Assembly (NCBI RefSeq): GCF_963506605.1
Contig: NC_083279.1
Span: 10,788,001 to 10,852,000, forward strand
Length of the DNA: 64,000 bases
Direction: 5' to 3'
Source of the DNA: Zootoca vivipara
Taxonomy: Eukaryota
How positions within the stretch are numbered: the stretch's first letter is position 1; the number at the start of each line of letters is the position of its first letter. This document shows positions 49,916 to 62,900 of this stretch, in pieces. Both the position numbers and the translations under genes were made by a program. The notes under the pieces were generated by a model that did not search any database, was not told the DNA's origin, and saw nothing but the letters and a program-made list of their open reading frames with translations.

Positions 49916-51283
49916 TCAAATATTGCTACACTAGAAGTTTTGACTCTTATATGAAGTGTAGGGCTTATTAAATATGTGCTGATCAGTAGAGGAAGTTGAG
50001 CAGGACTGCTGCAAAATAGTTCAGTACCAATTTTTCAGTCTACTTGGAAAACTGGTGTGATGAGGACATTCTCCTCGGGACTATGAGGTTCACTTACTTT
50101 TCTAATGCTCTCTGAAGTATTTCCTGTTGAACCAAAATGCAAATCCTCAGTCTGGACTGTACCATTTTGGAGAAGTGCAGTAGAATGAAGTCACACATTT
50201 CAACAGATAGCAATGGAAATCCTCAATTGTGTTTTTCCAGTTACTAAAAGAACACTTTGCTGCTAAATTGCCTTATCATTTTCTTCAAAGTGTCTTCATT
50301 GAAGAACATGAATTCTTACCGTACAATTTGGGATCAAGCTGATTACTCTATCAATTTTCTTTATTGGTCTCAAAAGAGTTGTCATTTATACATACGTTTG
50401 GCATAAATAAAGCCACAGATGTTGTCTGATCTGATCAGTGTCTAGTGTTCTATTCCCACAAACTCTGAATCAGCAAACATCTGTTTTCCAAACACATATT
50501 TTGTAGCCTTGCAAGATGATTTCATATTTCATGTTGAGATGGGTTGTAGCTGGGATATAAAGTCAATTGTTATCCATTCCAATAGGTTCAGAACTGAAGT
50601 TCCAGGCAAAATATAGACTAGGAGTAAATATTAGGAAACATTACTAAAATATGCTCTGTGTGCGTTTCCTTCTACTGCCTTTTAAACCACCTAATTAGGT
50701 GCATTATACATGCAGTCCAGGCCTACAAGGTTTCATTTCTCATGAAGGTTGTCAATTGTATCTCGGTTGTACTACTGAAGGTGCTTCCTCAGGAAGTGTC
50801 TCAGCAAAGTAAACTCAAATCTTTCCCACTGATACCTAGTCTTCTATGTGAAAGTAATTGTTTTAGCACGGAGGAGCTTTGAGGCAAATAAGCTCTTATC
50901 TTGGTCTGAAGTGAACAGCACAGACACAGGTTTATTATTTGAATGAGAACTAGTCCCAAGTCTTCACCTACCAGTGTGTTGAGTCATCCTGGACATATGA
51001 GATTGGATTCCAAATAGAGAAGATGGCTTCTACTTAAGAAAGGACAGTTTTACATTCCACACTAGACCGTTGCATGAAAAAGGTGCAACTAAATGGCAAA
51101 ACCATTTTTTAACTTATGGTCCTACAGTAGAAATCTGAAAGCAGCCAGACACAATATACTACACCTGGGACGTCCATCTCCTTTGGTGGTTTGCCAGTGC
51201 CTGGCATTTGCTTTGCTTTGTTTATTTTTTATTTTTCAATTTATATATTTTTAGTCTAGAAGGCTACTACTACTACTACTACT

Positions 51284-51650
51284 GGGGACCCAGGTGGTGC
51301 TGTGGGTTAAACCAGAGTCTAGGGCTTGCTGATCAGAAGGTCGGCGGTTCGAATCCCTGCAACGGGGTGAGCTCCCGTTGCTCGGTCCCAGCTCCTGCCC
51401 ACCTAGCAGTTCGAAAGCACATCAAAGTGCAAGTAGATACGGTAAATAGGGACCGCTCCGGCGGGAAGGTAAACGGCGTTTCCGTGCGCTGCTCTGGTTC
51501 GCCAGAAGCAGCTTTGTCATGCTGGCCACATGACCCGGAAGCTGTCTGCGGACAAAAGCCGGCTCCCTCGGCCTATAGAGTGAGATGAACACCACAACCC
51601 CAGAGTCGGACACAACTGGACCTGATGGTCAGGGGCACCTTTACCTTTAC
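51284..51650 (+). mobile_element. Full-length Sauria SINE (Squam1)
   Basis: tRNA-like head with A box GGTGGTGCTGTGG and B box GGTTCGAATCC, CpG-rich body, Bov-B-related tail (gagtcggacacaactg) and (ACCTTT)n end. Inserted in a (TAC)n tract. Confidence 0.95.
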
Positions 51651-51693
51651 TACTACTACTACTACTAATAATAATAATAATAATAATAATAAT
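51650..51693. repeat. (TAC)n(TAA)n compound microsatellite
   Basis: Directly visible; (TAC)n also occurs at 51264-51283. Confidence 0.95.
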
Positions 51694-51766
51694 ATACTAT
51701 CCTATACCCAGGGTCTCAGGGTGGTTTCACACTGTCCTTGCTTTTAATGTATGAAGAGTTTTGTTG

Positions 51767-51769
<3 letters not shown>

Positions 51770-51811
<42 letters not shown>
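51770..51811. repeat. (CA)n microsatellite
   Basis: Perfect run. Confidence 0.97.
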
Positions 51812-51812
<1 letters not shown>

Positions 51813-53034
51813 TTGTAAACTCCTTCAAGTTTATTTTAAAATGAAAATCAGGGGATAAAATACTAGTACTGTAACTGACCCTTGTTTACATCATTTGACA
51901 TATATTTGCTTTTGAAATATACCGTATTCCTTCATCTTTTAATCTTATTGTAAGGCAGTTCTTCCCCATATCTTTTCACAGTCATCTTTTAGACTTGCAT
52001 GTTTCAATGCGGTTACAGTCACAACTAATTTTACAGGTATTTCCATTCATGCAGCCAAGTGGATTGCTTAGAATGGTTTGCTGATGCAGCCAACGGAAAT
52101 GATATTATTCTTTCTCTCTCCCATTCTAATACCATTCTGTTTTTGTCAAGGCAGTGCCTGCCCTCTAAAGGCGCCCCTTGGCACATTTGCTTTGCTAAGC
52201 AGAGATGAGATGACCAACCAAAGGGCAGAATAAAACATAATATTTTTGCACAGTATCAGGTATCCTATACCTTTCTGATAACATCTGCAAAATCTTTGTC
52301 ATTAACTACTTTTAAAAAAAGAAGAAGCCTGCAACCCTGTACATAATATCTACCTGCTTAGCAATTCAGGCAAGCAGCTCTTGGTAAATTTTAATGCTCT
52401 CTATTCTTCCCTACCCTGATTTCCCAAATTGTAAATACATTTAAATAGAACAAGACTGATCTTTATAATTAACATCAGAAGACCTAGAACAGGAAGTATT
52501 TTTATTTTCCACAAATGCCATTAGGATTAGAGTATAAATTATTCAAAAGATAGACGCTAGTATAATAATAAAATATGGTTTCTCCTTAGGAAAGTTAATG
52601 ATTAATTTTTGGCAAGAGGTCCTACAGATAATGGCGTAAAATGGACCAAGCTGAAGTACAGTGATTAATTCTTAGCCTTTCCTTATTTAAAATATATTAT
52701 CATTGCATTTTTATTCAGCAGCAGCTCGGGCAGGCAAAATTAGTTTTGTTATTCTCATTACATATTCTATTCAGTTCATGTCTTTATGCAATCTCCTTTG
52801 GAAACAGTTAGACCAGGGCAGATTATTTCAACATTTTTTTTGATCCAAGAAGTTTGTATAGTGGGTTCCCTTAGTAAATTAGGTAGCCCACTAGAAATTT
52901 CAGTCCCGCCCCCACCAGCATGGGGACATGGTCAGAGAACATACAGAAATCACTGTAAAGGGGTTTATCATTGTATTTTCTTTTGAGAATTCATGTGATC
53001 CAACTCGAATGGAACAAAACCAATATCTTCCCAA

Positions 53035-53590
53035 AATATAAGTATATGACAGGAGCCCTGCTGATCAGGCCAAAGGCCTGTCCAGTTCAACATTCTGTTC
53101 TCATAGTGACCAACCAGAAACCCACAAACAAGACTTAAATACAACAGTGTTTTCCCCACTTGTGATTCCCAGAAACTCCTGAGCCATATAGAGGCATACT
53201 TCCTACAATACTGAAGGATAGTGCATAGACCATGGGTCCCCAAACTAAGGCCCGGGGGCCAGATGCGGCCCAATCGCCTTCTAAATTCGGCCCGCGGAAG
53301 GTCCGGGAATCAGCATATTTTTACATGAGTAGAATGTGTCCTTTTATTTAAAATGCATCTCTGGGTTATTTGTGGGGCCTGCCTGGTGTTTTTACATGAG
53401 TAGAATGTGTCCTTTTATTTAAAATTCATCTCTGGGTTATTTGTGGGGCATAGGAATTGTTCATTATTATTTTTCAAAATATAGTCCGGCCCGCCACAAG
53501 GTCTGAGGGACAGTGGACCGGCCCCCTGCTGAAAAAGTTTGCTGACCCCTGGCATAGACATTGTGGCTAGTAGCCACTGATAGACAAATT
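53035..53590 (-). mobile_element. CR1 3' end interrupted by a hAT MITE
   Basis: gagccctgctgatcaggccaaaggcctgtccagttcaacattctgttctca...gtggctagtagccactgatagac. Confidence 0.75.
53231..53551. mobile_element. hAT MITE family B copy 2 (321 bp, internal duplication)
   Basis: Family B TIRs; perfect TSD GCATAGAC. The block TTTTTACATGAGTAGAATGTGTCC..TTTGTGGGGC is present twice. Confidence 0.95.
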
Positions 53591-54538
53591 ACGGTAATGG
53601 AGTATAAGGCTAAGCCATACAAGTTAGCGGCCATCACTTACTTTGGTGGAAAGGTGAGGAAAAATGTATGTATGCTTTCTCTATACCGTAGAGAATATGT
53701 ATTGCCAGTAGGTAAGTGCATAATTGGATCTGCATAGCCTGCATAGGGTCTGGTGTTTGTTTCAGTGTGCCCAGTGGCAGGGCTTATGTAGACCAGCTAC
53801 AATCACTAGCTAACCTAAGCTATGGTTGTTGTTTGCTTGCTAGGAAGCAACAATCACCAATTTGAATAAAATGCAAAGCCAAGGCTTCCAGGTTTGTTTA
53901 TCCAACTTGTACCAGGGGATGAGAAAAGCAGAAACCATCTGGCAGTGAGCGCAATGCTGATTCCTGATAAAGGCAGAAAATCTGTCTTATTGTTACATGT
54001 GAATATGGCCTTTGTAATTCAACCTGAAGTGAGTCCACAAGGAAGATTTTTCCAAACAAATATTCCCAATTGATCTATGTCACAGGTAGAAAAGAAAATG
54101 AGCAAGAGTCATCAGTGAATATGCATAAAGGGATCAGCAAATGATGAAGTTCAGCGCTGCCTCTAAGCACAATCAGAAACAACAGCAACATTGCATACAG
54201 TATGTTAAAAACATGTTAACTGTAATTGCTTTTATAACATTCTAACTGTTTTATAATGGCTTTTTTAAAAAATTGTGTATCTGCTTGCCATCATGAGCTC
54301 CTTCAGAAGGAAGAGTGGTATATAAATTCATTACAGACAAAAATCATGCATGTTAATCTTCCATGTATACACTGAATGTTGTCAAGGTACCTACAAAGCA
54401 GATAGCCCCCAATTACTCAAGCAAATTCACAAAACAGTAAGCAGCTATAGCAGTGAGTCAATGCCAACTGATAAAATTAACCAACTGGCCTCAAATAAAA
54501 CATGGTTGAGATAGCAGCATTGTGCTGTTACCCTACAA

Positions 54539-54782
54539 CAGGGGTAGGCAACCTAAGGCCCATGGGCCGGATGCAGCCTAATCGCCTTCTCAATCCAGCC
54601 CACGGACGTGTTTTTACACGAGTAGAATGTGTCCTTTTATTTAAAATGCATCTCTGGGTTATTTGTGGGGCATAGGAATTCGTTCATTTCCCCCCCCCCC
54701 CAAAAAAAAATATAGTCCGGCCCACCACATGGTATGAGGGACGGTGGACCAGCCCACGGCTGAAAAAGGTTGCTGACCCCTG
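54539..54782. mobile_element. hAT MITE family B copy 3
   Basis: TIRs CAGGGGTAGGCAACCT / AGGTTGCTGACCCCTG; perfect TSD CCCTACAA. Confidence 0.95.
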
Positions 54783-56429
54783 CCCTACAAAGGAGGATGG
54801 AATAAAAATGCTGACTCTTTAGCCAAAAGAAGGCAAAATTAAAGACACTTTTATAACATTCTCTTTGATTAGCTTGTGAACTATCCATTTCAGCAATGAT
54901 TGGATAACAGAACGCACGGACAGCTTGTGGACCCCTTTTGTTCACTTCTAATTGGTTTACAATAAGAGAATGTGAAAAGGTTGATTGAAAGCAGCTTTAA
55001 AACATGTAGTGTTACCCTTTTATAAATAAAATAAAATAAATAAGGTATTTATGATAGACCAAGTAAAAATCCCAACAGCACATACAAAAGAGATACCCCG
55101 GGGAGGGTCCTTCAAATTCCCCTTGTAGCAGCTGTCTCTATAGAGACAGCCATCCATGTGCAGTGGCTCGCTCTGCAGCTTGAAGGATTTTCTGAATACT
55201 ACCTCAAATCTGATAAAAATTGGTTTGCAGTAATATGAAAATCAATAAAATGGTTACAAAAAAATTGGTTAGCAGTGGTGTGAAGAAAACCCCCTAAGTT
55301 GTGAGCTTCTTACATGGAAACAGATTTCATGGGAAGGAACTTAAAGTGACTCCACATGGCGGACTCCATTTAAGAAGCAGGACAGAGGATGTCACCTTGC
55401 ATCCAATTCTAAAGTCCCAGAGGATCATCATAACAGAGAATTAGTCATCATTTTAGATCAGCTACATCACATCATTTATCAAAAATCTATAGTTAAATTT
55501 AATTTGTGCGTGAGTGGGAAACAGGAGTGGCAGCAGCACTCCATGCTGCTGATTTGTACCTGTGGGTGCCTTGAAGTGGAAATGATGGATGCCAGAAGCT
55601 CTGGCTGTGATTAAATTTGCTTTGACAAAGCAGCATGAGAATCTGATTTCTAATAAACCCTTGCATTTCCCCTAGTGCTGAGTAAACAAATACACAGCAT
55701 AATGTTACATGGCTGTCATTAGTTAATTAATTATGCAGCTCTCATCATCCTAACCATTCAACTATTACATGCCAATAATAAGACGTTAGAATCAACTTTG
55801 GAAGTCACAATAAAATGCAGAAAAGTCAATCAAAGGAGACTATGTTAGCAGCTTGTTCTGAAGTTGGCCAAAAGTCATTTTAAAAAAGCCCAATAAATTG
55901 TTCTAGTTTGCCTGATCATCTGGTTACAGGCAGCGATCTTTCCTGGTTCCAATTCTTCCCTTACTCCTTGCAGGATGGCTTGAGATAGTGGGAAGGAAGG
56001 GGACAGCTCTGGCAACTCCTTGCAGTTTCTAACATACACACTTTGGCACAAAGTTCCTGAATACTTCTGATTTCAACATCCATCATGTTTCCAAACTAGC
56101 AAATAATCAGCAAGCATTATTCACTGAATGCACTCGGGGGCGTAGGGGGACGTGTCTCAGGATTCAGGAAGCAGCCTAATCACAGCATAATAAGCCATTG
56201 AAAAGTGTGATAGTACCAACATTAAGTGGCATTACACCCTCTGGCCTTTTGACAGACCCCCACAGAGCAGCAATCAGTTATTTTAAGCATAATTAAATGA
56301 TGAACAGAAAACTCATTAATAGCCATTAGCAAGGCTGTGAAGTATGTACATATTGCACATCCCTTCCTCAGCCACCCGCACAACCTTCTATGTACAGTTC
56401 TGCTTGCAGCATTTCAGCAAGGGTATTGT

Positions 56430-57070
56430 AGAGCTGCAAAGCATTCAGATACCAAAATGGCCAAGGGACTGGAGCAGCTCTCCAATGAGGTAAAGGTACA
56501 ACATTTGAGGCTTTTCAGTTTAGATAAAAGTTGAGTCAGAGGGGACATGATAGAGATGTATGAAATTAACCATAGTGTGGAGAAAGCAGACAGAGGTGTT
56601 ATTCTTTCAACATCATGATACTAGAACCCAAGACTATCCAATAAAACAGAATGCTGGAAGATTCAGGACAGACAGATAAACAATTTTTTTCTCACAACAC
56701 ATAAAGTTCAACTGTGGTATTCACTCCCACAAGAGGCAGTGATGGCCACCATCTTGGATGGCTTTAGAAGAGGATGAGACTAATTCATGAAGGATAAAGA
56801 TAAGACTATCAGTGGCTACTTACCCTGATGGCTATGTACTCCCTCCATCACTGTAGACCAGGCACCCCCAAACTTCAGCCCTCCAGATGTTTTGGACTAC
56901 AATTCCCATCATCCCTTACCACTGGTCCTGTTAGCTAGGGATCATGGGAGTTGTAGGCCAAAACATCTGGAGGGCCGCAGTTTGGGGGTGCCTGCTGTAG
57001 GCAATATGCCACTGAATACCAGCTGCTGAGATGTACAAGTGGAGAAGAGTACAGTTTTATGCATCTGGGG
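56430..57070 (+). mobile_element. CR1 LINE 3' fragment interrupted by a hAT MITE
   Basis: TKMAKGLEQLSNE..L..LRLFSL..R..RGDMIEMY is a CR1 ORF2 C-terminus, followed by 3' UTR. Confidence 0.85.
56859..56994. mobile_element. 136-bp hAT MITE, family A copy 4
   Basis: Same TIRs; TSD CTGTAGAC/CTGTAGGC. Confidence 0.95.
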
Positions 57071-57709
57071 CCTTTCCACTATTACTATTTATAGCAGAAT
57101 GGTTGTTGGGGTCAGGGGCATGTCACCATATGACATCACCATCATTCAGCTAGTAGTCTGGAATAATGTAATCAAAACCCTACTTTTTCTTATACCACAA
57201 AAAAGATATGTAATTTTCATTTGTAGGGCATGTGTTTTTTTGTGTGGAAGGGGTGAGGGTTGGTGTGGGTGGATTGGGAGATGTTTGTTTTGTGCTGCTT
57301 CCCTCTGAATGGTTCAAGCTGTTGGTTTGCAAGATCAGTTCAACAGAGAGGCCAATATTTAGTGGCTGGAGGAACACGGAGTTTCAGCGCTTTGTTTACT
57401 CTGGAGCTTTTTGCAATTTGGGCACGATTTGGGACAACACAATGGATTGGGAACTTGTGACCCTCCAGATGTTATTGGACCCACCTAGCCTGACTACAGG
57501 TCACAGTAGATAGGGCTGATGTGAGTCGGAATCCAGTAACAACTAGAGAAGCACTGACATAAAAAGCTGGAAATTATTGAATAAATTCATGACGCAGTCC
57601 AAATATACCCACATTAACTCTGCTTATAGTCTTTGGAGTTGTTACTGATTCACTTACTAGAGTAATCATGATGATTATTTCACACCACTTATTTCAAGCC
57701 CCATGTTGA

Positions 57710-57792
57710 GCAAAAGATCCCTGCATGGCAGGGAGGTGGACTAGATGACGCTTGTTGTCCAACTCTACAGTTCTATAATTCTATGATTCTAA
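57710..57792 (+). mobile_element. CR1/SINE 3' tail fragment
   Basis: ggactagatgacgcttgttgtccaactctacagttctataattctatgattcta. Confidence 0.75.
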
Positions 57793-57843
57793 GAAATGAA
57801 CTCCTCCCCCACCCCACAGCTACGTTTGCTACTTTTTGGAGGG

Positions 57844-58193
57844 TGTCAGGGGGCTCCCATAGTGTCTGCGGGAGGAGGAGGATGCCAGATTGGGTTACAG
57901 GGATCCCCAGCCCCTCCACCTTCACCAGGAGGGTTTAGAAAGCGAGACGTTACTTCCGACGCCCTATTTGTGCAGAGGGACCAAGCGCAAAGAGGGTAGG
58001 CGGGGATGGGGGTGTCCAAGTTCTTCTGTTGGGCTCGTAACAGGAAGGCGCCACTCCCGGATTATGCGAGGGACTGAGATGGACGTGTTTTCGTAGTTCT
58101 GCACTGTATATAGTCTGCACAATAAAACTGTTTAAAATACAGTTTTGGAGGCTGGCGTCATTACTCGTGAGCAACCACCACATGATCCTGACA
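57844..58193 (+). mobile_element. Solo LTR, 350 bp (Gypsy/BEL/ERV class undetermined)
   Basis: TGTCAGG...CCTGACA inverted termini; 5-bp TSD GAGGG (57839-57843, 58194-58198); AATAAA at 58121; CpG-rich. Confidence 0.9.
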
Positions 58194-59124
58194 GAGGGGA
58201 AAACATCAAATTTCAAAAGGAACATGCAATTAACTCTTTGGGTGATGGGATAGGTGATCTTTAAAATGATACAAAAAGTTTAGCTGGACACACAGATATT
58301 GTTGGGGTACTTCTCTGGATAGATACAATTACCTCTCCCATATTAGGGGGGAAACAGTTATATGGCTTAGAACTTTAAATTCTCTTTTACAATTCTGAGT
58401 GTTGTTACATAGCAAAATAATAAAAAAGCTTTCTAATTAAATCTTTCAGGAAACTCCAGTGCATCTACCTTTTAAACTTTGCAAAAAAAAGAAGAAAGAA
58501 ACTGGAGAGATGATCACTACTTATAACCCAAAGAGCTCACTAACAGAATTTTTTTTTATGAAAAGGTAAAATTGCTGAGAGATCAAAACACAACTCTATC
58601 AGTTCTCCAAATCACATAAGTAGAAAGTCAGATCAAAGAACAACAACATCTTCTTCCGAAACTCCCCTTCAGTTACCTTTAAATCTGAATTGTTTCCATT
58701 CTCATATGTAGACATTTAAAAGGAATTCTAGTTCATAAAACTGGAACCAATGTGGAAAACTATCTAGATAATAATTTTCTACACCATTGCTTCAGCATCC
58801 TGTTTAAACTAGTGTTGACTAGCATAACGTTTTAATTTGTTTTTATATAATTTTTATAATGCTTTTTGAATAAAATACAGACCTAGAATATACATTTGCT
58901 TAGTTTCTATTCCATTTTTAGTCTAGAAACTTTTGCAAAAACAATAAAATATAATGATTGTAATGTCTATTCAAAATAGCTTACATAAAACAATCAAATA
59001 CAGTTAAATGAATTCATTTAAAATAACCTTATTAAGACACAATTAAAATCACCAATAAACCACAAAGTTGTTTTAGAAGCACATAGCTATCTGATATCAG
59101 CAATTAAATTGGGGGCACCTCCAA

Positions 59125-59158
59125 CTCCCAGTCAGATGGGTGGGGTATAAGCAATAAA

Positions 59159-59200
<42 letters not shown>
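59125..59200 (+). mobile_element. L2 extreme 3' end with expanded (TTA)n tail
   Basis: cccagtcagatgggtggggtataagcaataaaattattatt.. matches 4908-4948. A similar stub lies at ~28866-28920. Confidence 0.85.
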
Positions 59201-59202
<2 letters not shown>

Positions 59203-62200
59203 ATTGACTCAAAGAAAGCCCTTTTAGGGCATTCACCAAGGTGATCAGAATCATGCGAGAGGGAGAGTAGGGCTGAGGTCAGTGGCCTCACTCATACACA
59301 TATATGCTCACTGGTCGCATGCATGTATTGGGAGTGGTCTGATGCATTAAGTCTGCTTAGATATGCAAGATCCTCCCATGACTTGCACAATCCCTGCCAC
59401 ATTCCTCTCCTCTAGAACACCAACATCAATGGCTAGGAAAATAGTCACAAATCCTCTTAGATGCGATCTGGGAAGAAACATCTCTACCATTTAGTATTAT
59501 ATATTTTGGAAAGTGGTTTGTCTGATCTCCGTTGGTTTAGAAACTTCTTGAGATATCATTACCCAATTTGGCATGGGGGTTTCCGAGGTGGAGGAATTAT
59601 ATTCATCTACGTTTGGGCACTGGGGACCATTTTGAATCAAGATGGCAGACTGAAACGTGACTTTGGTGTGATAGAATCAAACTTCATTGATGTGGACACT
59701 TCTGAAGATCTCATCACCCAAGGGAGTGTGGCAGTTCCTGAGATTGTACCTCCCATCAAGTCACTGATATGCATTACATTATGTTTCTTTAAAGTTACAT
59801 ACCAAACAACGAACAGTTGTAGCTTTCAGATATATTGATTTGTCTACCCTGGAAGTCTTTTTCTCACATGTCTATGGACACAGTGGGAGTTGGAGGGTTC
59901 ACATAAACCGAAAACTGACCCTGGATAAAGTACGTGCTATAAAACTAAAATTGTAATCAAAACATCCTTAAGATATTGGAAGAGTTCAAGATTCAATTCA
60001 TAGTCCACTAAACCTTTCATGTAAGGCCATTCCTCCCCCTTTCAGCCTTAAAATGTAAAATATATCTGGGAACAATGTTCATTTTAAATACTGCTGTAGT
60101 ATTATAATATGCTGCCCTATTTTCTTTCTCTGCAACAAATTTCAAAATGGCTAAGAAATAGATCCAAGGGGGATATTGAGGGAAACGGCTGAGCAAGCAA
60201 ACCATCATAGCAGCACTTAAAACTGAATTGGTTTCCATAGCAACAATGCAAAGCGCTTCTGGCCTTTTGCAAAGTCATCACCTCATGTGTCAGGTGTTAA
60301 CCGTGTCTTTCCATCATGAGCCAAACATTCAGTGTGTCTTGTAGCTGGGACTTCACTGCCCATGGGTGCATACTTACATGGAGTTAAGTTTCAATCAAAA
60401 ATAGTATGTTTTGTAAGCCAAAGGGAAAGAATGCATTTCCTAATATATAGCCACAAGGCACATCAGAGTATATATTTGGCAAGACCCTCTGATGGTCTGC
60501 ACCCATGAAGCACTGACTAGGAGAGAGCAGGGACAATTTTGCTAACCAAAGTCCTCTGTTGCTGCTCCTGTCACCCTCCAGAAATAGATTCCTGGAGAGT
60601 GACAGGGACTGAGATTATTTTGTACTACTTCATTTATACTGTACTATAAAGTTCAATTTAGAGTAGAAATAAACAATATGGGATAAGCAAAGCAAGTCCA
60701 CCAACTGCAGCTTATCATGCACCATCTTATTCATAAAAATAACAAACAAGGCTAGCTCCATAAACTGCATGTAACTTCATTTTGCATTTTATCATATCTT
60801 CATAGTAGAACCTAAAGATGATACAGTATAAACTATAAATCATGGAAACACCCTGACAAACCATATTTTTTCACAATTAAAAATCAAAACAGAATTTGTC
60901 ACCAGCATAAACAACACAAAGACACAATAATTTATCATACCTGTTTATTTGAGGTGATTCCAAGAAACAAACAGGATTTTCAGTATGATTAGCAGAGGAA
61001 GCCGGTTTAGGCAGCATCAGTAAAAAAAAGAAATATAAATTACTACAACTGTCCTCATGATACAAAACACCCATGCCCACACAGAAAGTTTGCTGTTGTT
61101 TTGAATATATTTATTATGTTGTTAAAAATTAAAGTTAGAAGTTAGAACAGCCATATGTGTATCACCCACAATTTAAATATATCTGCAGAATGTTTCATTT
61201 GACTTTCATCTCATATACCATATGTCTTTTCAGAAGTAAGTCTTATCAAGTTCAGCAGGGTTTACTCCAAGTAATGAAATATAGGTTTGTAGTTTTACAT
61301 TTGATCTGGTACTACTTTTCACTATTCACCTTCCAGCTCTCAATATTACTTCAAAGCTCATACACACACAAACACAAACACACACAAACACACACACACA
61401 CACACACAATGTATATTCCTCTTCCTCTGCTCTTCACTGAACTTTTATAAATTAAATGGGAGATCTATGACTGGAACTCCTCACATCACTTCCTTCTTCT
61501 AAAAGCAGCAGGTGGGGATACTCTGTAACCAGAGACGGAAGAAGCCCATCAGCATATGGTCTCTCCTACCAGCTATATATGGTTAAATAGTAAGTTGATG
61601 CTTTTCATCACCAATGCACTTATTTTCTAGTCTCTATTTTACGTTCCTCGATAACATAGGAGCAGTAGTCACTTCTAGAGGGGCTACACAGGCATGCCAT
61701 ATTTTTTGCATCTTTCGTAAGAAGTGAACTCTCCTAAGTCATCGTCCTGAGCCTTCTGGTGTCTGGAGCTAACCATGACTGCTTCTTCAAACTATAACCT
61801 CACATGAATAGCCATGCTAAGTGTTACTAAGGAGGTTTAAGGAGGTTATTTAAAGTGAGACAGTATTTTTTTATTTTATTTGTATTTTCTGGAGACTTAT
61901 TAAGGTAATTTTGAAGAGATGATCTGCTATAAATATTAATTCATGATTATATGCACTCCAGAATGACCTTGCAAACGCACCTGTGTGCCTAATTTGCACA
62001 AATGCATGTTCACTAAGAGATACTGTTAGGTTATCATGTAAGACTCCTCTTTTACTAACTGAACATGTCAATGCTCATAAGGAGTTCAGGTTTGCAACAG
62101 GGAAATGAATAGCAGTTAGTAATGCCTTTCAAAAATTAATTAGCTGTAGCCTAGGAACAAGGTCTCAGTTTGTCACTTTTACTGCTTTTAGTGAACAGCA

Positions 62201-62576
62201 TTGTTAGCATCATTTATTGTTCTCCCTAATCTCTAACTACAGCTTTCTGTGTTAATTTCTACATATGAGTGAAGCTAATCCCCAAACACTTTCTCTGTGG
62301 TTAAAATGCAAGGCAAAACCTCTAAAAGGCATTCAATAGCCAAATAAAAGAATGAACAGGTACAACAAAATAAATTAAGGAGTTGCCATCTTGAAACCAA
62401 ATTATGGTCTTCTGTCTTAAAGCTGAGGCCCCAGGGATGGAAAATGTTGAAGTATACTGTTCTGCTTTAAGCAATGGTCTTAACACTACAGTATTCAGGA
62501 AAAAATTAAATGGTACCATGGACAGCTCCATGATTGGTTTGATCTGAATTGTACAGCATAAGAACAGAGTCTAGAC

Positions 62577-62712
62577 CAGACACCCCCAAACTGCAGCCCT
62601 CCAGATGTTTTGGCCTCCATCTTCCATGATCCCTAGCTAACAGGTCCAGTGGTCAGGGATGATGGAAATTGTAGTCCAAAATATCTGGAGGGCTGAAGTT
62701 TGGGGATGCCTG
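62577..62712. mobile_element. 136-bp hAT MITE, family A copy 5
   Basis: Same TIRs; perfect palindromic TSD GTCTAGAC. Confidence 0.95.
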
Positions 62713-62900
62713 GTCTAGACATTGCATCAGCAGCAGTAAATGTCAGACTGAGTCTTAAATTGGAGTGGAATTTCTACAATTGCTAGCTCCACTTTCATAG
62801 AGAAAGAGGCCCAGCCTACTGCAGCAACTAATGACTCCAATGGAACAGGTGGGGCTGTGGTTCCACTAGGGCTTGAGAGAGGGGTGAGAATTCTTAGAGG

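Noticed and set aside
59461-59838. 125-aa ORF as a gene
   Set aside because: No recognisable domain or splice context. The DNA has motifs (CCAATTTGGCATG, CCATTTTGAATCAAGATGGC) more suggestive of an old repeat, which I could not delimit.
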